Shown: piece by piece, positions 9,177 through 16,564 of the stretch
How the letters are laid out: every line of letters begins with the position of its first letter
Numbering within the stretch: position 1 is the stretch's first letter
Assembly: GCA_050506795.1 (NCBI GenBank)
Contig: JBJHCF010000003.1
Coordinates: 1-64,000 of the forward strand
DNA length: 64,000 nucleotides
Source: Opitutia bacterium
GTDB taxonomy: Bacteria; Verrucomicrobiota; Verrucomicrobiia; Opitutales; T3Sed10-336
Reading direction: 5' to 3'
The notes under the pieces: generated by a model
Databases searched by the model: none
What the model saw: the letters and a program-made list of their open reading frames with translations, nothing else
What the model was told of the DNA's origin: nothing
Made by a program: the position numbers and the translations under genes

Positions 9177-10160
9177 TCAATAACGGAGCCGATCCCGATA
9201 GACGGAAGGATCTTCCCTGGGCATCCAGCCTGACCGAAGCGCCGCTTCCACTTCGAGCCGCCGCGATTCGGTGATCAAAGGATAGTTTTGCAATCCCACA
9301 ATCGCCTCCTCGATCAGCTGGTCTCTTTGCAACAGGGTCGCTTCTCTCCTTGCCCGGGCGTCTTGGAGTTGCTGGCGGGCTCGCCGCAGTTCCGCCTCGA
9401 CCTCGGCGGCGTCTCGGTCGCGGAGTTCGCGGATTTTCTCCGTACGAGTGGAGATCAGTTCTTCGATAGTGGCCAGTATACGTTGACTCATCCGGACTCT
9501 CGCATCGAGGTGGAGTAATTCTCTCGAATCGACCGCGGCTCTCCCCCAGATGATCGCGACCCTTTCCTCGGGAGTGAGATCGGGAGAAAGATTCTCGGGC
9601 TCGCGACGGACCTTGCTCACAATCTCTCCGGTGTGCAGATCGAACTGGTAGCGAAGTTCATCCACGGTATCCAATTGAAACACCTGGCCGCCACGGAACG
9701 ATGGTGTTTCGTTGTGGTGGAGCCAAATAGGGCCAGTTGAGCTAAACCTGTTTCGTGGATAGTATTCGACCAGATCGGAGATTTCATACCGTTTAAGCTC
9801 CTCACCGCGTTTGTAAAAGGCAATGGCGAGACCATCATTCCTGTCGCCCTCGTCGAAGTCGCCCGCGGACCAGTCGCCCAGCCGGACAAGAAAATCGCCG
9901 TCCCCGCTCAAGCGCAGGTTCCTGGAGTACCAGCCACTGACCCGCCAGCGCTCGGAAAAGGTACCGTCGGCTTCGATTCCGTAACAAACTCCGAACGCCT
10001 CGGATTGTTCCGCCCCTGGGGGGCCGGGAATCATGGTAAAGAACACATCGGGGTGCCAGGCTGGCACCGTAATGTGGGGACTTGGCGGAAACCGCTCTCC
10101 GCCGAAGAATGTAGTCGAGAGGGCACAGGAGGCCATGAGAAGTAGCAGATGAAGTTTCAT
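9177..10160 (-). CDS. Hypothetical exported protein with C-terminal coiled coil
   Basis: 327-aa ORF, hydrophobic N-terminus, E/R/Q/L-rich helical tail; no recognised family. Confidence 0.6.
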   Translation of the reverse strand: MKLHLLLLMASCALSTTFFGGERFPPSPHITVPAWHPDVFFTMIPGPPGAEQSEAFGVCYGIEADGTFSERWRVSGWYSRNLRLSGDGDFLVRLGDWSAGDFDEGDRNDGLAIAFYKRGEELKRYEISDLVEYYPRNRFSSTGPIWLHHNETPSFRGGQVFQLDTVDELRYQFDLHTGEIVSKVRREPENLSPDLTPEERVAIIWGRAAVDSRELLHLDARVRMSQRILATIEELISTRTEKIRELRDRDAAEVEAELRRARQQLQDARARREATLLQRDQLIEEAIVGLQNYPLITESRRLEVEAALRSGWMPREDPSVYRDRLRY

Positions 10161-10281
10161 GGGGGATTTAAGGTTGGATTTTGGAAACGTTTTATTGTCT
10201 ATCGCCCGTTTCAGGGGTCAATTGTCCGGATGATGGAAGCGCCGATGCTGCGTAGTCCGGGCCTGCGTTGGGCTGTACCGG

Positions 10282-10698
10282 CTATTCCGGCTGGCCGGAG
10301 CCGACGAGGTAGATCATGCGCCAGATTTGAGCGGTGTCGCCGCGCTCGACGACCTGCATTGGACTGGCACCGTGAAAACCTTTATTTGGAGTGCGAAGCC
10401 ACGTGCCGATCGACCCTGGTTTCATGAGTTCCTCAAGGGCCTGGAGCAGGGAGCGCAACTCCCGGAGGGTCCGCATGGAAGCCGCACTGGTCTTTTTTCC
10501 GCTCGCCCAGTTTTCCACGGCACGCGGGGAATAGCCTGTCAGGCGGGTTATGTCCAGCCGGGTAAGACCGTAGCGGAGACAAATCTCTCGAAGGTTAGGG
10601 GCAGCGCTTTCCCCGATTGCCGTTTCGTAAGCCGCCGTGATTTCCTCGACGCGGCCAGGGCGTTTCGCACGAGAATTCTTTCCCTTCGTTGATTTCAT
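10282..10698 (-). CDS. Antitoxin, HTH-Xre plus MbcA/ParS-type (DUF2384) C-terminal domain
   Basis: HTH (LTRLDITRLTGYSPRAVENWASG) and WLRTPNKGFHGASPMQVV; adjacent to a RES gene. Confidence 0.85.
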   Translation of the reverse strand: MKSTKGKNSRAKRPGRVEEITAAYETAIGESAAPNLREICLRYGLTRLDITRLTGYSPRAVENWASGKKTSAASMRTLRELRSLLQALEELMKPGSIGTWLRTPNKGFHGASPMQVVERGDTAQIWRMIYLVGSGQPE

Positions 10699-10759
10699 CC
10701 ATCTACCGATACGACAGGTTTGCCGGCGGCGCAAGCTAAAATGCCTGCAGAAGTGCATA

Positions 10760-11362
10760 TCAATCCGGGCGAAGCCAGCGGTTCAATTCGACCGCATCCT
10801 CAATTTTTACCGTGCTGTCATTGCTCAGATTCTCGGGAGAGAAGGTCAGGGTGCGCGCACGATGATCCCGTGCGGACCTCGCAATCAACCCTTCAAATCC
10901 CAGGGAAAAGGTTGCCCGCCCAACCGCCTGAGAAAGGCATTCTTTCCCGGTGTCATTGAGACTGGCCCAATCTTCTCCGAGCAACTCGGCCCACTTTAAC
11001 CAAGTTTCGTCCTCGGGGAGTTTGGCGAGATTACAAACCTTCGCAAGATTGACCCATATCGGAACAAGCATGTAAGCGCGGGCTTTTGACGGAGGCATCT
11101 GAAACCCTTCCTGCTTTCCGCGCGCTTCTTTTACTGCCAGAAGATCCGTTGAAGCACGAGAGACAGCTCGTTCCTCGCCGGGGGGCATCCAACGTCCGCC
11201 GTAGCGGCGTGTTCCCTGGCCGTTGAGAAGGGCTTCGGGGGACGCAAATTGTGGTGTCGCACACCGGAAGAAACGGCCCTCGGCTCGCTGCCGAGCTGTT
11301 TCCCGGTGCTTTTGGATTTCACGGCGAATCGCGTGAAATCGCGGATGGGGTTCCGTGGTCAT
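10760..11362 (-). CDS. RES domain toxin (NAD+ phosphorylase/ADP-ribosyltransferase-like), possibly degenerate
   Basis: FFRC...LLNGQGTRRYGGRWMPPG...LAVKE...SQAVGRA....GFEGLIARSAR pattern. Confidence 0.8.
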   Translation of the reverse strand: MTTEPHPRFHAIRREIQKHRETARQRAEGRFFRCATPQFASPEALLNGQGTRRYGGRWMPPGEERAVSRASTDLLAVKEARGKQEGFQMPPSKARAYMLVPIWVNLAKVCNLAKLPEDETWLKWAELLGEDWASLNDTGKECLSQAVGRATFSLGFEGLIARSARDHRARTLTFSPENLSNDSTVKIEDAVELNRWLRPD

Positions 11363-11476
11363 AGGGTTTTTGTAATAACATGAAAGAGATTGGAGCGTAG
11401 AGGGAAGAAATCGGAGTGGCGAGTGGAACAACCCAAAGACATCGGTAACGGGGATCCTGGCTTTGCGCCGTGGGGT

Positions 11477-14400
11477 TCAAAGCAGCACCACGACAAAAAA
11501 CGCGAACAGCACTGCGAACAGGGTGGCGTTGGCGAATTTGACGAAGGCTACGTTGCGCCGGAAAAAGTTCATCAGCCGGTCGCTGGTGAGGCCGCGCCAG
11601 GCGAGGAGGATGATGATCAACAAGGGCAGAATGAAGGCCAGGTTGTAGACCAACAGGTAACCGAATGCGGCCAGGCGTTCGGCGCCGCTTTGCAGGACCA
11701 GCATGATGGTGGGGGCGTACATTTGGCCGGTGCAGGCGAGTTCCAGCAGGGCGATCGCCATGCCGGTGAGAAACGCGGCTGTGACAAAGTGGCTGTGCTT
11801 TACGCCGGAGCGTACGAGAGCGTTGATACGCAGTTTCAGCGGACGGGGCAGTTGCAGAGCGGTTTCCTCCAGTTTTCCCCGAAGGCAGAGAATGCCGTCA
11901 CGAATGCTGAGAATGCAGATAACCAGGACCAACCCGGCCAGGATCCAGTTTACGGCGCGCGCTACCGGCTCCAGAGTGGTGAGTTGACCGATGAGACTGT
12001 AAAAGCCGATGCCGATGGCGAAATAGGCGATAAAGACGCCGAGCACAAAAGCGACTCCCACCTGCATGATCTGGGTGGGCGTCCGCCGGGCCACTTGCAG
12101 GTAGGAGAGGAAGAAGATAATCGTGGCGAAGGCACAGGGGTTGAGGCCGTCGAGGAGTCCGGCCGAAAGCACCACCGCGAAGGTGAATCCGTGAAAGCGT
12201 TCCAGGATGCGGGCATCGGCGGCGGCGACCGCCTGTTCGGGCATGGTCAGGACGGACGCGTCCCGCCCCAATGAGCCGCCGAGGAGTTGATTGAGTGAGT
12301 CCAAGCTGATTTCGTCCCGGACCAGGACCCCGGCCGCCGTGACAATGGTTGGGACTACCAGACGATTGCTGATTGGAACCTGGAACGTCTCGCTGAGATG
12401 TTCGTTCAGGCGGATGGCCGAGGTATCCCGGATGTTGTGATTGTGGATTTCGATCTCCGGGAACAAAGGCCGCAACCGGGCGAGGTAGTCGCGGACCTGG
12501 GCGCAATCGGCGCAGCCGGTCTGGGTGAAGAAGATGACCGGAAGTGTTCCGTTGGGGGCCGTTTCCGCGATCGTTGCCGGCTGGTCGCCGTTTTCAGGGA
12601 GGCGGAGGGCCGTCACGGCCGGTTCCTGGCGGAGTTCGGCGGTTACCACTTCGGAGGCGGGGGTCTCCTCGGTGGCGGGGACTTCGGCTTCCCGGAGTGC
12701 GCGGAAATGAGCCCGAAGGTTATCGATAGTCAGCCGTTGGTTGAAATTATTGAAAGGATAGCCGGTGTTGCGAACATAACGAAGCAACCTCTCGTGCTCC
12801 GGCCCCATGGACCGGTAATGGGTGTACACGAATCCGGAAACCCAGGACTCGACGCGAAATCGATCCGTGTCGGACGATTCGAGGGCGTCCAGGTGGGCGG
12901 TCAGGGTTTCGGGGTTTTCGATGGTCTCGTAGATGTCGGCCAGGGCGACCAGAGCGCGCAGGCGCAGTTGCCGCACCGGATCGGCGGTCATCTCGCGAAG
13001 CGGCTGCTCCACCGAGGGCGGCAGACGTTCGTTGTTCGGGCTGGTTGTGCCAAGTGTGGTGTGTGTCACGTTGGACCAGGAGGAGCTCGAGTAGGCGTCG
13101 GAGTATTGGTTTGACCACCAGGATTCATTGCGCTGCACCGCTGCCGGCAGCACCTCACGTACCCGGTAGTCGCTGTCTCCGGCGATCTGCGCGGCGAGTT
13201 CGGGCAGGATCGCGGGACGACTTTGCACTGCCAGGCGGAGGGCGGCGCGGCGGACGAGAGGATCGGGCTGCATGGCCTGGCTGAGGATCCAGGAACGGTC
13301 CTCTTCCCAGGTGATGACCTGTGGCCAGAATACCAGGACAAAAACGCGCAATGCGGTGTCGTTGGATTGTTCATACGTGTCGCGCAGAATCGTTCGGGTT
13401 CGCTGCCGTTCGGGCCCGGTTAAGCGGTGGTAGCTGGGAATGTCGTCGAGGAAACGCTGAAAGTAGGTCGGAACGGGATCCGGAGCGTGTGCCAGGATAA
13501 ACTCGAGGTTGTCCGCGAAGGAACCGTGTTCGAAGAGAGAACGGACCACTCCCCAGGAATGGCTCTCCAGGCGAGGGAACAGGCTCCTCAGAAGTTCGAC
13601 GACGTGCGGATCCGGGTAATCGGAAAGGGATTCCGCCAGGTCGGCGATCTCCCGGGAGGAGAGGGTTTCGATGCGATCCTTAAGGGTTTCGATGCCCAGT
13701 GAGGATCCGATACGGGTCAGAAAGACGGCTGCTTCCAGCGCCACTTCCTCGTCTCCTCCAGAGCGCGCCGCTTCCGCCGCCTGTTCGAAGGCGGCCAGCG
13801 GATGCCTTGTCTCTGGCGAATCGTCGCGGGTCGACTGGTCTCGCGAACCGCCGGAGAAGAGCCGTTGGAGGATGTTTCCCTGACTCGCGGTCGAGCCCCT
13901 TCCGTCCGGATCTTCCCCCAGTCGGGGCAACCGGGCGGACGATGGGTCGAATCGCCGCAGGACCGCCAGTTTTTGGCCGCGGGTTCCGTCTTTCAACAGG
14001 GCGAGAAGCCGTTCGCGGTGGTTCTCGTCTCCGGCGCCTCGGGCGGCCAGCGATTGGGTTGCCGCGATGGAGAAATCCTCGTTGGGATGATCCAGGAAGC
14101 GCCGGGCCATGGAGAGTTGGCTTTCGCGCAGGTTCCCCAGGAAGGAAACAAATTCCGCTTCCCGGCCGGGAGGGAGGCTTTCAAAAAGGCGATTGGCAAA
14201 CTCCGGGGGAAGGGGCCAGTCGTTTTGGATGTAGATGCCGAGAACCGCCAGACGCACCGATTCATCCTCCAGAAACAATTCGGACAGCATTGGCTGTTGC
14301 GCGATGCCGCCCACCCGTCCCAGCGCGGAAAGGGCGCTGAGGCGAACAAACTCGTCTTCATCCCGCACCCGTTCCGCCACATCGGGGGCCAGGGAGGTAA

Positions 14401-15829
14401 GCCTGAGTTGTTCGACGGTTTCCAATGCGGCGGCGCGCACCCGCCAGCGCGGGTCGGCCAGCAGGGCGCCGATGACTCCGGTGTCGTGTTCGAAGTCGGA
14501 GAGGTGGCGCAGATAATCGAAAGCGAGGATGATCAGATCCTCGGACTCCTCCCGGAGCGCGTCGGTGAGAAGGGCCACTGTGGACTGGGATTCGATTTCC
14601 CCGATGGCCCGCAGGATGCCGACCCGCACATCCGTATCGGTTTCCTCCCGCCACATGGCTTCGATGGCCGGCATGCTGTCGGCTCCGCCGGCGAGAGCCA
14701 GGCGCTCCACCGCACTTTCCCGGACCAGCGGGTCGGGATCACGCAAAAACTCCTGGAGCAGATCCAGGGAGCGCGGCGCATATCCGGTCAGCGTTCCCAG
14801 AGCCCTCATGCGCACGCCGGGGTCGCCGAAGACAAGGTCGCGGGACAGTCTTTCCGGCCGTTCGGCGGACCAGGTCAGCAGGACCGCGGCGTAGCGGGCC
14901 TGGCGCAGGAGATTGCGCTCCCGGCCGGTCAGGGCCGAATCGTCGGATTCCCGCTCCCTCAGATGTCTCGCCACCGGCAGACCGCCTTCCATCAACATCG
15001 CCAGGGCGCGACGGGAACGCTCGGGGTCCCGGGAGAAGAGTTCGGTCACGTATCCGTCGACCTGCCGCTGCGTGAACGCGGTGGCGGCGCCCGTCGGCGG
15101 GCGATCGGAATCGCTCAGGCCGGTTTCCCATTCCTCCCAGCGAAGGAGGGCGGCGGATTGGTCGGCGGGGGGAATCCAGGGATCGTAGCCGAACGACTCC
15201 CCGGCGCGGGCCTCCAGAACCTCAGTGGCTCCCAGGCGCACCTGGAGCGCGGGGTGCGCCAGCGCCTCGACCAGCCGCGCGGAGGGAAAGGGAGTTTCGT
15301 TCAGGAAGGCTTGCAGGCGGGCGGAACGGTCGCGGCTGATCCCCAGGTCGCGCAGGCGGTCTTCGAAGGCATCATCCAGCGCGGGTTCCGGGGATTCCGG
15401 CGGTTGACTGGCTTCGGCCAGGAACGCCAGCAGTGTTTCGCGGTCGGGGTAACCGATATGACGCCGGCGAACGGTGTGGTCCGGATAAACCGCCAGCAGG
15501 GTAGGCAAACTGTGAATACGCTCGCGCAAGGCAAGGTTTGTGTGTGCCACGGCGTCAAGGCGCACGTTGATAAACGACTCGAGGGAGGTTTGCACCTCGG
15601 GGTCGTCCCAGTGCCGGTCGAGGCGCGCGCTCCATTCGCAGTCCGCGGCGTGAAAGTACACCAGCATCGGTCGGGAGCTATCTTCCGCATCCCGCAGGCC
15701 GGTCTCCCAGGACGAGCCCCATTCGGCTTGTGCCGGAAGGGCGCCGGTCACGGCGACGACACTCGCGACCGCCGCTGCCGAAAAGGCGCGGAAGGGATTG
15801 GCGAAGATGTTGGCGGGTCCCGGGATCAT
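11477..15829 (-). CDS. Multidomain protein: signal peptide, thioredoxin fold (CxxS), long HEAT-repeat region, glutaredoxin-like CxxC domain, DsbD/CcdA-like transmembrane domain
   Basis: RPMLVYFHAADCEWS; HEAT repeats (LADPRWRVRAAALE, DEDEFVRLSALSAL); FFTQTGCADC; GLLDGLNPCAF and LELACTGQMY within about six hydrophobic helices. Start chosen at MIPGP. Confidence 0.8.
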   Translation of the reverse strand: MIPGPANIFANPFRAFSAAAVASVVAVTGALPAQAEWGSSWETGLRDAEDSSRPMLVYFHAADCEWSARLDRHWDDPEVQTSLESFINVRLDAVAHTNLALRERIHSLPTLLAVYPDHTVRRRHIGYPDRETLLAFLAEASQPPESPEPALDDAFEDRLRDLGISRDRSARLQAFLNETPFPSARLVEALAHPALQVRLGATEVLEARAGESFGYDPWIPPADQSAALLRWEEWETGLSDSDRPPTGAATAFTQRQVDGYVTELFSRDPERSRRALAMLMEGGLPVARHLRERESDDSALTGRERNLLRQARYAAVLLTWSAERPERLSRDLVFGDPGVRMRALGTLTGYAPRSLDLLQEFLRDPDPLVRESAVERLALAGGADSMPAIEAMWREETDTDVRVGILRAIGEIESQSTVALLTDALREESEDLIILAFDYLRHLSDFEHDTGVIGALLADPRWRVRAAALETVEQLRLTSLAPDVAERVRDEDEFVRLSALSALGRVGGIAQQPMLSELFLEDESVRLAVLGIYIQNDWPLPPEFANRLFESLPPGREAEFVSFLGNLRESQLSMARRFLDHPNEDFSIAATQSLAARGAGDENHRERLLALLKDGTRGQKLAVLRRFDPSSARLPRLGEDPDGRGSTASQGNILQRLFSGGSRDQSTRDDSPETRHPLAAFEQAAEAARSGGDEEVALEAAVFLTRIGSSLGIETLKDRIETLSSREIADLAESLSDYPDPHVVELLRSLFPRLESHSWGVVRSLFEHGSFADNLEFILAHAPDPVPTYFQRFLDDIPSYHRLTGPERQRTRTILRDTYEQSNDTALRVFVLVFWPQVITWEEDRSWILSQAMQPDPLVRRAALRLAVQSRPAILPELAAQIAGDSDYRVREVLPAAVQRNESWWSNQYSDAYSSSSWSNVTHTTLGTTSPNNERLPPSVEQPLREMTADPVRQLRLRALVALADIYETIENPETLTAHLDALESSDTDRFRVESWVSGFVYTHYRSMGPEHERLLRYVRNTGYPFNNFNQRLTIDNLRAHFRALREAEVPATEETPASEVVTAELRQEPAVTALRLPENGDQPATIAETAPNGTLPVIFFTQTGCADCAQVRDYLARLRPLFPEIEIHNHNIRDTSAIRLNEHLSETFQVPISNRLVVPTIVTAAGVLVRDEISLDSLNQLLGGSLGRDASVLTMPEQAVAAADARILERFHGFTFAVVLSAGLLDGLNPCAFATIIFFLSYLQVARRTPTQIMQVGVAFVLGVFIAYFAIGIGFYSLIGQLTTLEPVARAVNWILAGLVLVICILSIRDGILCLRGKLEETALQLPRPLKLRINALVRSGVKHSHFVTAAFLTGMAIALLELACTGQMYAPTIMLVLQSGAERLAAFGYLLVYNLAFILPLLIIILLAWRGLTSDRLMNFFRRNVAFVKFANATLFAVLFAFFVVVLL

Positions 15830-15855
15830 GGATACACTTTGAGTCGAACCGGGCG

Positions 15856-16554
15856 TCAATGCAGCAGCGAGTACATGAGAATATTCACGTTGAGGCGATC
15901 GGCATTGCGTATTTCGTTGCCGCCGCAGCAGCAACAGCCGTTGGTGTTGGCGGTGTTGTTGAGCCCGTGCCGGGAATATATCAGAACGATTTTCCCCTGG
16001 TGGGTGATGCCCTCCAGGTAGGCGTTCTCGTCGCTACTGGCCAGGTCGAGGGTATCGATGGTGTACACGGTCCGGAAAATCGGGTGGTCCATGGGGATGC
16101 GGGTCAATTCAAGTCCGTCATCTCCGAGCACCTGAACCATGTTTCGGCGAAAAGCGCGGTCCCAATCGCTGCTGGAACACCCGGCGGAGGCGAGCATAAA
16201 CCCTCCGTTGGTGAGGTACCGGCGGAGGTTGTCGCGTTCGTTGGCGGTGAAGTTGAAGTCCGACTCTCCGGTGATCATGACGAACGGGTAGCGGAAAAGT
16301 TCTTCGGAATTCAGCCGTACGCTGCGAAACCGGCGTTCGGTGGGAATGGCGGTTTCCCGTTGCATAATGGACAGAAACTCGTCGCTGAAGCAGCGCGAGG
16401 TGTTGGTGCCGGCGTAGATCAGGTTGGCGCACTGGATGGAACGCGACTGGACCATGGCGGCTGCCTGTTGGGTGACTAAGCCGAGGGTCAGTACGAAAGC
16501 GACGAGCAATGCGGTCGCGGATCGGCAGAGGTGTCTCAGGTTCTTTGTTTTCAT
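15856..16554 (-). CDS. DUF4159 domain protein, exported, with C-terminal GCCCCGGNE motif
   Basis: Signal peptide; ELFRYPFVMITGE..F.FT..ERDNLRRYLTNGGF; IPMDHPIF; LNVNILMYSL. Confidence 0.85.
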   Translation of the reverse strand: MKTKNLRHLCRSATALLVAFVLTLGLVTQQAAAMVQSRSIQCANLIYAGTNTSRCFSDEFLSIMQRETAIPTERRFRSVRLNSEELFRYPFVMITGESDFNFTANERDNLRRYLTNGGFMLASAGCSSSDWDRAFRRNMVQVLGDDGLELTRIPMDHPIFRTVYTIDTLDLASSDENAYLEGITHQGKIVLIYSRHGLNNTANTNGCCCCGGNEIRNADRLNVNILMYSLLH

Positions 16555-16564
16555 GACGATGGAT

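Noticed and set aside
8996..9274. 92-aa ORF
   Set aside because: Overlaps the 3' end of the convergent 9177-10160 gene and has no recognisable motif.
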